Positions 38,337 to 51,840 are shown, numbered from the stretch's first letter. The stretch is DNA of 64,000 bases from Tubiluchus corallicola (GCA_030141605.1 JAQGDQ010000309.1:186001-250000), one strand, 5' to 3'. Made by a program: numbers and translations. Notes: generated from the sequence alone by a model not told the origin.

Positions 38337-39859
38337 GTAATTAAAAAACAAGACCCTACTGCCAACACAATTGAAAGTACTAGACTACGAGTACTTAACT
38401 CAGCAGCGCCTTCTACTGGCGGGATATCAAATCACGTGACACTGACGTTCACGCAAGCAATCAAGTGAAACCCACCGTGCAGAATTCTTCTCGTAAGCAA
38501 GGTCACCAGATCATACAGATCACTTACAATGTAAACAGGCCGCTCTGACTCCTTATAATTACATCATCTTTGGGTGACCATGGGTGCAGTATCTCCTTTC
38601 TCATTCAACTCCTAATGAAATGCGGCTGTTTGCTATCTGCTAGCTATTGGAGCATTCTTAGTTCAATGCCCGAGAGGGAAATGATAAATCTTAAGTAAAT
38701 TTACTACTGTATATGACTGTAGTGTGTAAACACCTGAAAGAAAGTTGGTAGATCAAAGTTAACATCGTCATCATAATCATCATCATCATTATCATCATAG
38801 CAACCATTATCTGTATTATCATTGTCGTTGCTGTCCTGTCATCATTGTCATCACCATTACCTGCATGGTTACCATCGTCACCATCAGCATTATCATCTTT
38901 TTCATCGTCATAGTTATCATTATCATCAGTGCCATTGTTATCATCTTTTTTGTTTGTCTCTCGTCAAATGCCATCATTATTGTCAGTGCTATGACTACTG
39001 CTGCTGCTGCTAATGCTGCTGCTGTGATGTTGCTATTACTGATCTGCGACTGCTGTTGCTGGTGCTGCTGCTGCTGCTGTGATGTTGCTATTACTGATCT
39101 GTGACTGCTGTTGTTTCAACTTCCAGACAAATATTATTCCTACTACATAACTGACAACAGAAGTAGTGTCTTTTAAATGTATGTGGCAACCTAAAGTAGT
39201 GCTTTATCAATTTAACTTGTGAAATGTTGTTGGAAGAAAGGGTTAAAATTTTTCTTGTCTTCTTTCTGCATGACTATTTCACCACACTATTTTATATGGC
39301 GTCTTGCAAATTGTATCACATTTCAGAGCATCATTTCTACGTAATACACAACCAGTCAGTTCTCGTAAGGCAATAACCTCTACCAACAATTGTCCACAAG
39401 ACCACCAGTACACTGCTCCTGTCTACATAACGGCAAACTACACGGGCTTCCCAACCAACGTATTGATTTTGACGGCTTCGTGTTTCATTAAATCAACTGA
39501 CACGTAGTTCACTTTCGCAGATTTCAAGAAGCGAAGCGTGGTGTAAAAATCTAGATGTCATACTGACAGGGCACCCAATATGGACAGCTGTTAGCTAATA
39601 TGTGATAAAAATAGTTTTTGCATTAAATTTGTTGGCAGCAAATGTGTCATAATCTATTGTGCGGAATTAGAACAATGCTTATGTGCTCAGTAAGCAAGGT
39701 AGAAGACAAAAAAATTAAAAATGTATTTTTTCAATTCAATATCACTTTTTATCCAAAACTATACACATATCCCTTGCAGTAACAAATATACAAATTACTT
39801 CCTAAAAGTATTACAGAACTTTCTAAGTACACAGCGTTGTAGCTACAGTAGGGTCAGCA

Positions 39860-40325
39860 CAAGCAGCATCAACAACCGCAGCAACAGCAGTATAGCTGTA
39901 CTATCAGCACTGCTAGAGCAATAACACAAGCAGCAGCAACAACAACAACAGCAGCAGCAGTAGCAGTGGCGACAGCAGTGACAGTAGCAGCAACAGCAGA
40001 AGCAGTAACAGCAACAGCAACAGCAGCAGCTGAACTATCAGCACTGCTAGAGCAATAACACAAGCAGCAGCAGCAACTGCAACAACAACAACAGTAGCAG
40101 TAGCAGTGGCGACAGCAGTGACAGTAGTAGCAACAGCAGAAGCAATAACAGCAACAGCAACAGCAACAACAACAACAACAACAGTAGCAGCAACAGCAAC
40201 AGCAGTAGCTGAACTATCAGCACTGCTAGAGCAATAACACAAGCAGCAGCAGCAACTGCAACAACAACAACAGTAGCAGTAGCCGTGGCGACAGCAGTGA
40301 CAGTAGTAGCAACAGCAGCAGCAGG
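39860..40325. repeat. (CAG/CAA/TAG) low-complexity tract with three higher-order units
   Basis: ACTATCAGCACTGCTAGAGCAATAACACAAGCAGCAGC occurs three times. Confidence 0.9.
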
Positions 40326-41198
40326 TGTAGTAGTCAGCTGTGGGTCAAGTACAGTAGTCAAGTGTAGCAGTTTGGAGAAACTTTTTTAATTGAATAACAA
40401 TTTATATACAGGTTTTTCCAAAAAATACTAGTGCCAACTCAAGCCGTGGCTATTATAACTACAAAGCGAATATTTGAATGATTGAGGACAGTCGATCTGT
40501 AATAATGGAGTATAACATCTCTGAAAAAGATGTTTTTGTTCAAATATGCTTGTAATTAGTGGCATGTCAGGTGTATTCAGTTTGTATTACTTTACGAGCA
40601 AGCCGTTGGCCTAGTTCTGAAATAACTAATTAAAATTAAATGTGTATTTATAGAGATATACATAATCTAAATTGGTATTTTGCAAGAAAATGTGTATACC
40701 ACCAACAGTGGGTTTGTTTATTTAAATTGCTTTTGGTGTTAAATAAATTTATCGTTTTAGTTTATTACGTTATTAAATTTCAGTCTAGTTATCAGCACGT
40801 TACGAAAAGTACAACTGTTTCATTAAAATGAGAGATAAAATATTTATTTTATAATTTACGTGACTAACTCGTATTTCTATAGCCTAATTTCATTGCGAGT
40901 GTATCACATACAAACACTCGAACAAATTTATTATTACGCTAAACATCATGAAACTGTCCTATTGCAGTAAATTTACTACCTTATAGTTCATATAATTATG
41001 ACGTTTATAAATAGTACATAATCAAAAAGGGAAAAAACCCGAACAAATACGATGAGGGGCCATTGCTTCTCGCCTTTAGTAGGCCTGCCAGGTCATAAGA
41101 ACTGGGACGTGTTCGTGCACATTCTGCGCATGATCAAAAACTTTAGGTAAAAGCTAAATTTAGACGCAGAATAATTTAAGGGCAGAAGTAGCGGCAAA

Positions 41199-41871
41199 GA
41201 GGACTGGATTACCCAATAGGCTAGTGTATAGTGTAAGCTGCAGTCCTATGGCCAATAGGCTAATGTATAGTGTAAGCTGCAGTCCTATGGCCAATAGGCT
41301 AATGTATAGTGTAAGCTGCAGTCCTATGGCCAATAGGCTAATGTATAGTGTAAGCTGCAGTCTATGGCCAATAGGCTAATGTATAGTGTAAGCTGCAGTC
41401 TATGGCCAATAGGCTAATGTATAGTGTAAGCTGCAGTCTATGGCCAATAGGCTAATGTATAGTGTAAGTTAGAGGTCCTATACCCAAATGGGCTTGTGTA
41501 TAGTGTAAGCTGCAGCCCAGGACCTTCAAGCTTGGGTAGGGCCTATAATTTGCATTGCTGAATAATTCATATAATTTAAAATAAAATTTCAACTTTAAAA
41601 AGGAGGAAGGTAGTCTGAAAATCCAATTTTAAAGTGGCTTCTCATTTAAGAGGAAGGATCTCTGTTTGAGATCCTCTATTTGAGATAAGGGACTCTCTTT
41701 CAAGCCCTCTATTTGAAATACTGGCCCCCAGCTATACAAATGTTGCTGAAATATATGACAAGCAAAAATATTTGAGACGACAGCGAGAAAATAAGAGGGT
41801 GGTTTCGCATCTGAGGTAGCCCAATAATTTCATTTGCCTAGGGAGACCCAAAGGGTCATAATCCGGCCCTA
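41199..41871. mobile_element. hAT MITE carrying an internal 38-39-bp tandem array
   Basis: TIRs AGGACTGGATTA / TAATCCGGCCCT, 8-bp TSD GCGGCAAA (41191-41198 / 41872-41879); about 7 copies of CCAATAGGCTAATGTATAGTGTAAGCTGCAGTCCTATGG at 41213-41520. Confidence 0.85.
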
Positions 41872-42419
41872 GCGGCAAAAACGTTTTATGTATTATTACT
41901 TCGTCAACCATTTTAAATATAAACCTGTAATAATATACATTCATCAGCAAATATATATATATATATATATATATAAGTTACTTTTATTTTACTTTTTATT
42001 TCTTATTGCTGGCACATGTTAATGAAACACTTGTACTTTTTGTAACTTGTGCTTATATAACCAGATTGAACATTTTTAAGTGTACATCGTTTGCTATAAC
42101 TTTTTTCCCTGTAACAAAATCCAAGGTGACCTAAGAAAGACGCGACGAGAGACGTCATTGCAATTATCAAAGACTCGAACCTATAAATTAAGCCAACAAA
42201 ATTTAACCTAGCGAATCTCTTAATCTGCTGGATAACACTTTCAACACGTTCTTGGGTAGCCGCAAACCTCATTCTGATGTTTCAAGAGCAATTTGGCAGA
42301 CGTTCGCAAGTTTGTTTGGTAGGTAAACCAACAACAAATGCAAAAAACATACAACATTATTAGTAGAATTACTACTTGTATTGAAACTGGTACTAACATT
42401 GCAAATGGCACAGGTACAG

Positions 42420-42830
42420 GCTATTTTTTATTGGTATTGGTATTTGTATTGGTACTGGTATTGGTATTTGTATTGCTATTGTTATTGATATAGGTGTTTA
42501 GTATTGGTGTTGATATGAGTAGTAGCAGTGGTATTGATATTGGTATTAGTATTGGTATTGTAATATTCAGTATAATATTAGTGTTGTTTCTAGTATTACT
42601 AACAACATTTGCATTAGTAAAGCGTTGGCATTAGTGTGCTATTAGCTTTAGCATTAGCACTGGTATTAGTATTAGTATTAAGATTAATAATATCATCAGT
42701 ATTGGTAGTTGTGTTAGCATTAGCATTGGTATTGGTGCTGGTGTTAGTTGGCATTACTATTGGTACTGGTATTGGCTTTGGTATTGGTGTTGGTGTTATT
42801 GTCGCTGTCGTTGTTGTTATTAGTACTGAC
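42420..42830. repeat. Degenerate (TATTGG/TATTAG)n
   Basis: Direct reading. Confidence 0.85.
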
Positions 42831-42971
42831 ATTGGGTCAACAACCCTAGTTTTGAGAGTCTGTTTTTGACCTAGGGATGATTAGCTTCTCTCCTAATAAA
42901 AACCTAATTGAATCACTTATTACCCAAATGCATGTGGATATAAAACCTCAACATTGAACGCTTAATGTACT

Positions 42972-43517
42972 TGGTTGGCATCCTTCTGTCTCGGAAGACA
43001 ATGGAATGTGCGCCAAGAGAGTCAGTAATTGATCACATTGATGGAGCTGCAGCGTCGACTGTGGCTGAGTAGTCCGATCCTTGAACGTCTCCAGGGCGCA
43101 CGCCTGGGCAAGGTGTATGGAGATCCTGAGTTGCCCATACCGCAGGAACCCCTTCTCTTCCTCGCTGGTGTAGTTCAAAGGAAAGCGGAGCGATACGTTT
43201 GGCACCAGGTTGGCTGCAGGAGCTGCCAGAGTCAGTGAGCATGCTGCACTGGTCCGCCTTCGGGGCTCCACTCCGGATTTGGAAGGTTTACGCCTCTACA
43301 CATGGCCATTGGGTCACTTGACCTCCTCCGCCCTCTAGCCGTTGGCTGCTTGTGCAGCTCCTCCGTCTAGTGTCGAGATACAGTGCGGGCATCCCGCAAG
43401 CCTACAGCACCTGGTATTCCTAGGCGGTCACCCATCCAAGTATTAACCAGGCTCTACGTTGTTTAACTTCGGTGATCAGACGAGAACCGGTGTTTTCAAC
43501 TTGATTTGGCCGTAGTC
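42972..43517 (-). mobile_element. 5S rRNA-derived SINE (SINE3), copy B, full length
   Basis: Starts GACTACGGCCAAATCAAGTTGAAAACACCGG, ends ...CGAGACAGAAGGATGCCAACCA; TSD TTAATGTACT (42962-42971 / 43518-43527); 3' ~115 nt match the RTE tail at 23603-23720. Confidence 0.93.
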
Positions 43518-44567
43518 TTAATGTACTAGTTTGCCTTTTATTAAGCTAACAAGCCTAGTACATCTATTTGTCAATAATGAGTCATCATCATGTTGTATAT
43601 ATGGCATTTAACACCAGACTAATACCTCTTCAAGGTTTACAAAAGAAAACAAAATTGCCCTCAAATTACATGATGAAATTACGCACCTGTAATAACTGCG
43701 CAATCAGAAGATGAATGAAAGATGCCGCCGTAATCTTTCAGGTAACATAATTATTTGAACCAAATGATTATTAATTAAATATGAAACGCAATGATTTTGG
43801 TCATCAGGGCAAAAGTTAGTTTGCTTTATCGTACCAGGTGAGTGCCGTAAAAAGGAACTGACATTCAAAACATAGAAGGGGTAAAGGTAGGTTCACATTG
43901 ATGCAAAATCGGCAATGACAATAAAGCGTTTTGCTGAAATTTAAAGTGAAACAAAAGCAATGTACCTCACTTAGCACTACACTTACTAGTTTGAAAGAAC
44001 TTATTTGACTGGAAAAGATAATTCTTAATAATTTAAATTGTTCACGCCAACTGGTAAAATGTCACTGACTCACCTTCCCAGTGTGCATCACTGACTCACC
44101 AAAACATTATTTTTAATCTTATTCACAACATAAAGTAATTTATGCCTTTACTTAGTTAGCGAAGTGTGCCCTAGGAATGCTTTGATTACTTTTCAAACTA
44201 AATGCAATGTTATCTGAACTTGTTTCAAACGATTCATTGTTAAAATGGCCGTCTAATGGTCATCGCTGGAGTTTTATCTTACAAGTTCTACACAGCGTTA
44301 CTGCTAATACAAGCCTTGTATGCAATATTAAAGTTGTATGTAAGTAACAAAAATTTTAAGACCTTTTTTTTAACTTTGTGTCTTTGTGTTATTAAAGGGT
44401 TGCCTTGTGCTTTCAACAACCACACGGAAACTCATCCCAGCAAACTCATGCTGCATTTTATACACGGCAACTGTAAGCAAGTACTTACCGTTTCCGTTTT
44501 TGTGTAAACTGAAAAGAGCTAAATACGGAAATGACGAGTTTTGCTGAGATCATAGATATGTTGAACT

Positions 44568-46279
44568 TGTTCATAAGTTTAATAAGATGCGCATAAATTA
44601 ACTCACAAACAAACAGACAAAGATGCAAACAGGTAAGAGAGTGGGTGATCAATGCTAGTCACTTAACTGAAATACATTCGAATGAACAGACAAACACCCA
44701 AACGAATGCTGCAAAAATGAGTAGGAAAAATAGAAACAAGCAATAAATACAACAAACAAAATAATAAACGAAAACAATAAACAAATTAACGATAAATAAA
44801 TGTATGAAAGTGAAAGTAAACAAACAAACACACCAAAGAGATGAGCGAAAAACGAATCAACAAATGGACAAACAAGTGAGTGGACAAAGGAAATTTCGCT
44901 AAAGGCGCAAACAGACAAATGAGCTAATGGCAAACAAACTAATGAACAAAACAGCTAATGAACTATGTAACGAACAAAAACAAGAAACGAAGAAATGAGG
45001 AAGGAAACGAAGGTGGAGGTGAGCGAATGAATGAACGAATGAACAAATGAACGAGTGAATGAAAGAAGGAACGAATGAATGAATGAACGATTGGTTGATT
45101 TATTGAATGAATAAATAAATAAATGAATGAATGAATGAATGAATGAATGAATAAATGAATGAATGAATGAATGAATGAATGAATGAATGAATGAATGAAT
45201 GAATGAATGAATGAATGAATGAATGAATGAATGAATGAATGAATGAATGATTGATGAATGAATGAATGAATGAATGAATGAATGAATGAATGAATGAATG
45301 AATGAATGAATGAATGAATGAATGAATGAATGAATGAATGAATGAATGAATGAACGAATGAATGAATGAATGAATGAATGAATGAATGAATGAATGAATG
45401 AATGAATGAATGAATGAATGAATGAATGAATGAATGAATGAATGAATGAATGAACGAATGAGTGAACGAATGAACGAACGAATGAACGAACGAATGAATG
45501 AATGAATGAATGAATGAATGAATGAATGAATGAATGAATGAATGAATGAATGAATGAATGAATGAATGAATGAATGAATGAATGAATGAATGAATGAATG
45601 AATGAATGAATGAATGAATGAATGTATGAATGAACGAACGAACGAACGAACGAACGAACGAATGAATTGATAAATGAATGAATAAACACTTCTTACGTTC
45701 TTCAATCCCACACTGATTTCTTTCTCACATTTTTCTATCAAAAGCAACTCTTTGAAGATGCCTCTATGTAGTACATAGTGCTGCACCCCTCCCCTTACAT
45801 AAACTTACCCTAGTCCCACCTCACAGAAGACATTAATGTCACAATCAAGGCTGAAGATGATATGTGTATTGTCATACGCTTAGTTTAACACATCGTTCCA
45901 CACTCCATAATGCATTTAAGTGGTTCAAAATAAATGATTGTGGGTTAACGCGTTCAGTCAGGGGTGCTGCAATTATACGAGAATCGAAACCGAAAGTGCT
46001 TTTCGCATAGAACGCAAAATGAGCTATAGTCAATAATTGTACCACATTTATAGCCCATTGTACGCCAGCCATGGACTATTTGCTTACTAGATATCGTAAT
46101 AGAGGGCAAGCTGATAACTAGGGGAGCGGCGTTCGCTCTGATAATAAACCTATCCTAAAGTTGGCCTGCAATAATCACATAATATGTCAAGCCAACAAGG
46201 GTGATTTACTAATAAAGTGGTTTATATATCTATATATATAAATATAAATATATACTACGGCCAAAACACCGGTTCTCGC
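44568..46279. repeat. Large inverted duplication, left arm (includes (TGAA)n at 44940-45690)
   Basis: Reverse complement of 48975-50593; identical 66-aa and 92-aa spurious ORFs appear on opposite strands. Confidence 0.95.
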
Positions 46280-46707
46280 CTTATCACTGAAGTTAGGGAA
46301 CGTAGAGCCTGGTTAGTCGTTGGATGGGTGACCGCCTAGGAATACTAGGTGCTGTAGGCTTGCGGGATGCCCACTGTATCTCGACACTAGGTGGAGGAGC
46401 TGCACAAGCAGCCAACGGCTAGAGGGCGGAGGAGGTCAAGTGTCCCAACGGCCATGTGTAGAGGAGTAAACGTTCCAAGTCAGGAGTGGAGTTGACTACG
46501 GCAGCTCCTGCAGCCAACCTGGTGCCAAACGTATCGCTCCGCTTTCCTTTGGACTACACCCGGGATGAAGAGAGGGGGTTCCTGCGGTCTGGGCAACTCA
46601 GGATCTCCATACACCTTGCCCAGGCGTGCGCCCTGGAGACGTTCAAGGATCGGACTCTCTTGGCGCACATTCCATTGTCTTCCGAGACAGAAGGATGCTA
46701 ATAACAA
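46254..46707 (+). mobile_element. 5S rRNA-derived SINE (SINE3), copy C with internal deletions
   Basis: ACTACGGCC-AAAACACCGG head, shared body, RTE-type tail with a GACT-microhomology deletion; inserted in (TA)n. Confidence 0.9.
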
Positions 46708-47004
46708 TATATATATATATGGGTGTATATCTGGGAATATATATATATATAGGCAATTTGTAAGACAACACAATTTCTGTCAACCCACTCTTTGTGACAC
46801 TTGCAAGTTGCAACATTATTTGCGCTAACCAGGGCAGACTAGATTCAAGCAAAACGTAATGAGATTTTTTTAAATAAAGCTTTGAGTGTGTTTTGCAAAG
46901 TATCTGATAGTTTCAAGATTTAATTTAAAACATCTTCTCAAACATTTAAATGTTAAAAGTGTTAAATAGCTCTATATTAAATAGATTAAATGAAGTCGTT
47001 ACTA

Positions 47005-47530
47005 TCACTGTTGTTCCTGTTGTCGCTGCTACTGCTGCTGCTACTGCTACTGCTACTGCTTGCTACTGCTGCTGCTACTGCTACTGCTACTGCTACTGCC
47101 ACTGCTGATACCGTTCCTACTGCAGCTGCTGTTACTGTTGCTGTTGCTACTGCTACTGCTGCTGCTACTGCTACTGCTACTGCTGATACCGTTCCTAATG
47201 CAGCTGCTGTTACTGTTGCTGCTGCTACTGCTGCTGCTACTGCTACTGCTACTGGTATTGCTGATACCGTTCCTACTGCAGCTGCTGTTACTGTTGCTGC
47301 TGCTACTGCTGCTGCTACTGCTACTGGTACTGCTGATACCGTTCCTACTGCAGCTGCTGTTACTGTTGCTGCTGCTACTGCTGCTGCTACTGCTACTGGT
47401 ACTGCTGATACCGTTCCTACTGCAGCTGCTGTTACTGTTGCTTCTGCTCCTGCTGCTGCTACTGCTACTGTTCCTACTGGCCGGCCTACTGTTACTGCTA
47501 TTGGCTCTACTACAATGACTACAACAACTA
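47005..47530. repeat. (GCT/ACT)n minisatellite with CTGATACCGTTCCTACTG higher-order unit
   Basis: Direct reading. Confidence 0.93.
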
Positions 47531-48168
47531 ACTAACTAAACTAACCCTAGCGATACGGACACAACTAAAGTTATTTGCCCATTTCCATCTAACCGATAAA
47601 AAGACTAGAAAAGGTTACATTCACTTTTGTGTAGCCTACGCAAAATGTTTCTGTGGAATATAAGGTCATATTTTTCAATCAAAGATCGTGCGTTTAATTA
47701 TTAAAATCATGATGTGTTATCAAAACTTTTAGCTTTTGCTTCAAAGGTTACCCTAAGCCACAAGGACAAATAATCAAAAGCCTCTTAAATTATTTCCCCA
47801 CTCACCTAATTAATCGCCAAAATTCGTCGAAATTGAGGATACGATTTAGCAAATACCAAAAGCTGCACATTAAAGATTCGGCGAGCGAAAAATTCCTAAT
47901 TTGACATGATTTTGTCTGACGTGTGATTTAATAAACGAAAATTCGCTGCGTAGTGGAAAAAAGTCAACATTAATCAGAAATCTCGAACAAACTATTGAAA
48001 AACCTCACGTAATCATCCTTTGATCACTGTCGTCATCGCCGTCTCTGCCGCCGTCGTCGTCGTCATCATTATCTTCATCATCGTCATCCTTGTCGTCATC
48101 ATCTTCTTCGTCATCACCATTATCCTCACCTTCAAATTCAATATCATCATCGCCATTATTATTATCAC

Positions 48169-48400
48169 CAGGGCCTATTTCAAGGGGGGAAGTGGGGATA
48201 CTTCCCCGGGGCCTCACTCTCCAGGGGGGCCTCGCGCAGAGGTAACATTATTTTTTTGCTTTATCCGAACATACTGTATAACTGCATATTTTCTCTTCGA
48301 AAATGCTTCTCCGACGTTCTAAGCAGTTCAAAAATTCGTCCCCGAGGAGGCCTCACACACCCTACTTCCCCGGGCCTCGCTTAGGCTGAAATAGGCCCTG
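48169..48400. mobile_element. hAT MITE inside a (CAT)n tract
   Basis: TIRs CAGGGCCTATTTCA ... TGAAATAGGCCCTG; 8-bp TSD ATTATCAC on both sides. Confidence 0.92.
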
Positions 48401-48974
48401 ATTATCACCATCATCATCATCAGTATCGTAGATTGTCAATGTATGTTGTGCATAGCACGTAGCGCTACCTGTCACCAAAATAGGGCATATTTAAGAAGTC
48501 AAATTTTCGTTCACATCTACAATTATACTGCGCACAAACAATTTATTTAATTTAACCTTCGCATTATCCGTTCCATTGATAACTTAACTGCCGCTCTGAC
48601 CCAATTGTTTTGTACTGTTTATTAAGAAGTCCATAAGACTTTTATTGCACCTAACAATAGCAATAGCTAGGTTACTACAACCAGAGATAAGGGACAATGA
48701 TTTAACATTGCGAATGAAAGGTAAACTAAGAAACATGACAGTCGTGCGATACGGAAATGGAAGAAAAAGAAAGAAAGAAAAAAGGAGATATATTTAAATG
48801 AGGAGAACGAGAACGAAAAGAGGAGAGTTCAAGCAGTGGCGAAAAAATGGAAAGAGAGACTAGAGAAAACGTGTAGAGAGAAGAAGGGAAAAGGAGAGGA
48901 ACAAATAGAACGGTGAAGAGAAAAGAAAAGGAGGTAAGAGGAAATGAGAAAGATAGAGAAATGAGAGATTGAGT

Positions 48975-50593
48975 GAGAACCGGTGTTTTCAACGTGATTT
49001 GGCCGTAGTATATATATATTTAACTATTTAAATTAACATGAAATGATATATCATTCTCATTTGTGACAAACGCTCTGTTGTAAAACCACTTTATTAGTAA
49101 ATCTCCCTTGTTGGCTTGACATATTATGTGATTATTGCAGGCCAACTTTAGAATAGGTTTATTATCAGAGCGAACGCCGCTCCCCTAGTTATCAGCCTTA
49201 TTACAATATCTAGTAAGCAAATAGTCCATGGCTGGCGTACAATGGGCTATAAATGTGGTACAATTATTGACTATAGCTCATTTTGCGTTCTATGCGAAAA
49301 GCACTTTCGGTTTCGATTCTCGTATAATTGCAGCACCCCTGACTGAACGCGTTAACCCACAATCATTTATTTTGAACCACTTAAATGCATTATGGAGTGT
49401 GGAACGATGTGTTAAACTAAGCGTATGACAATACACATATCATCTTCAGCCTTGATTGTGACATTAATGTCTTCTGTGAGGTGGGACTAGGGTAAGTTTA
49501 TGTAAGGGGAGGGGTGCAGCACTATGTACTACATAGAGGCATCTTCAAAGAGTTGCTTTTGATAGAAAAATGTGAGAAAGAAATCAGTGTGGGATTGAAG
49601 AACGTAAGAAGTGTTTATTCATTCATTTATCAATTCATTCGTTCGTTCGTTCGTTCGTTCGTTCGTTCGTTCGTTCGTTCGTTCATTCATTCATTCATTC
49701 ATTCATTCATTCATTCATACATTCATTCATTCATTCATTCATTCATTCATTCATTCATTCATTCATTCATTCATTCATTCATTCGTTCGTTCATTCATTC
49801 ACTCATTCGTTCATTCATTCATTCATTCATTCATTCATTCATTCATTCTTTCATTCATTCATTCATTCATTCATTCATTCATTCATTCGTTCATTCATTC
49901 ATTCGTTCATTCGTTCACTCATTCACTCGTTCGTTCATTCATTCATTCATTCGTTCATTCATTCATTCATTCATTCATTCATTCATTCATTCAATCAGTC
50001 ATTCAATAAATCATTCATTCATTCATTCATTCATTCATTCATTTATTTATTTATTCATTCAATAAATCAACCAATCGTTCATTCATTCATTCGTTCCTTC
50101 TTTCATTCACTCGTTCATTTGTTCATTCGTTCATTCATTCGCTCACCTCCACCTTCGTTTCCTTCCTCATTTCTTCGTTTCTTGTTTTTGTTCGTTACAT
50201 AGTTCATTAGCTGTTTTGTTCATTAGTTTGTTTGCCATTAGCTCATTTGTCTGTTTGCGCCTTTAGCGAAATTTCCTTTGTCCACTCACTTGTTTGTCCA
50301 TTTGTTGATTCGTTTTTCGCTCATCTCTTTGGTGTGTTTGTTTGTTTACTTTCACTTTCATACATTTATTTATCGTTAATTTGTTTATTGTTTTCGTTTA
50401 TTATTTTGTTTGTTGTATTTATTGCTTGTTTCTATTTTTCCTACTCATTTTTGCAGCATTCGTTTGGGTGTTTGTCTGTTCATTCGAATGTATTTCAGTT
50501 AAGTGACTAGCATTGATCACCCACTCTCTTACCTGTTTGCATCTTTGTCTGTTTGTTTGTGAGTTAATTTATGCATCATTAAACTTATGAACA
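48975..50593. repeat. Large inverted duplication, right arm (includes a 5S-SINE head fragment at 48975-49009 and (TTCA)n)
   Basis: Reverse complement of 44568-46279 with small indels. Confidence 0.95.
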
Positions 50594-51334
50594 AAACAGC
50601 TAATGAACTATGTAACGAACAAAAACAAGAAACGAAGAAAGAAATGAAGAAACGAAGGTGGAGGTAGTTTTAACTCAACGAAGCTAATGTCCTAAACACG
50701 TACGCACCTAACGAAATGTTTGGATAATTAATAGTTAACTTGCTTTTTTATATTGAATTTTTTAAATGGCTTGGGTTCATCTGACTGTTGAGCCTAAGGC
50801 ACACTTCAGCACAAATTAGTTCTTGAAGTTTATAGCAGGAAAACTGACATTAGAGAAATGCTGGCTTTCATAGCCAATTTTGAATTATTTATTTAATTGC
50901 TTTATTATGGTTCAGGGCTTATAATTAACAGCTCTTGAGATAACAGAATTTGTCTCTTCCTCTGATTTGTCCTCCTTAAATACTACTCTGGACAGATGCC
51001 ATGACCCACCTACACACTGGTGATTGGTTATTGTCTTGTAAACACGGGCGGATCACGTGCATAGACCTTGATAGGCAGTATACTGAATCACGCGCTCAAC
51101 TCTGCAGGCTCTTGATTGGTTGTTGGCGTAGTTGTTTTCACATCCGGGTCCTTCTCATGAAAACTTCCGTTGATGCACGTGTGTTTACATCACCGTTAAA
51201 GCGTAGTGTAATTATTGTCATCTATTAGTTTAATTTAATGTTTTTAATATAGGCACCGCATACCTATGCCACGTTAACACTCATAAAGCTTAGTTGATGT
51301 TTTAGTTAATTAATCAAGCGCATTTAATTAACAG

Positions 51335-51470
51335 TGTACCAGAAGGATTAGAAGATGTTTCCACATATCCTGACCTGTTCGCAGAATTATCTGAAAGAGG
51401 ATGGAGCGATGAAGACCTCGGAAAACTAGCCGGAGAAAACTTAATCCGAGTTCTAGAAGCAGCTGAAGCG
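51335..51470 (+). CDS. Membrane dipeptidase (peptidase M19, DPEP-like), penultimate exon
   Basis: TTAACAG|T GTA CCA GAA GGA...: [45 protein letters not shown], matching the DPEP1 C-terminal motif [18 protein letters not shown]; donor GCG|GTGAGT. Not in the ORF track. Confidence 0.85.
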
Positions 51471-51502
51471 GTGAGTGTAAACTACTTTGAGATTTCACAC
51501 TA

Positions 51503-51840
51503 AGATATTAGAGGATCTCGAAGATTTCAGCATATGAAGAGCACACGTATTGCTGTTTGCCAGGAGGCAATTCTTAACACATTTAACAATAAGAACTCCA
51601 TGCAGTGTCGAGCAGATGTTCAACATTTAGAACGGTATATTATTTCGAATTATACTAATTTAAGAATTGTTCATTTAATCACAAAAGTATAACTGCAAAT
51701 AATATACCGTTCTAAATGTTAAACATCTGCTTGACACTGCATGGAGTTCTTATCGTTAAATGTGTTAAGAATTGCCTCCTGGCAAACAGCAATACGGGTG
51801 CTCTTCATATGCTGAAATCTTCGAGAACCTTTAGATATCT
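51503..51840. repeat. Near-perfect palindrome (hairpin MITE) in dipeptidase intron
   Basis: Arms ~51503-51645 and ~51697-51840 are reverse complements (GAAGATTTCAGCATATGAAGAGCAC ... GTGCTCTTCATATGCTGAAATCTTC). Confidence 0.92.

Noticed and set aside
44955-45786. Long (HSFI)n ORFs (also 49514-50065) and (SL)n ORFs at 37797-38468
   Set aside because: Artefacts of (TTCA)n and (CT)n tracts.
45872-46072. Duplicated 66-aa ORF (also 49228-49428)
   Set aside because: Identical only because of the inverted duplication; no recognisable protein features.
46990-47535. 181-aa Ala/Thr-rich ORF with a signal-like start, resembling antifreeze glycoprotein or mucin
   Set aside because: Entirely within a (GCT/ACT)n minisatellite that is stop-free by composition, and similar tracts occur elsewhere (39860-40325). 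No supporting gene structure; only expression data could rescue it.
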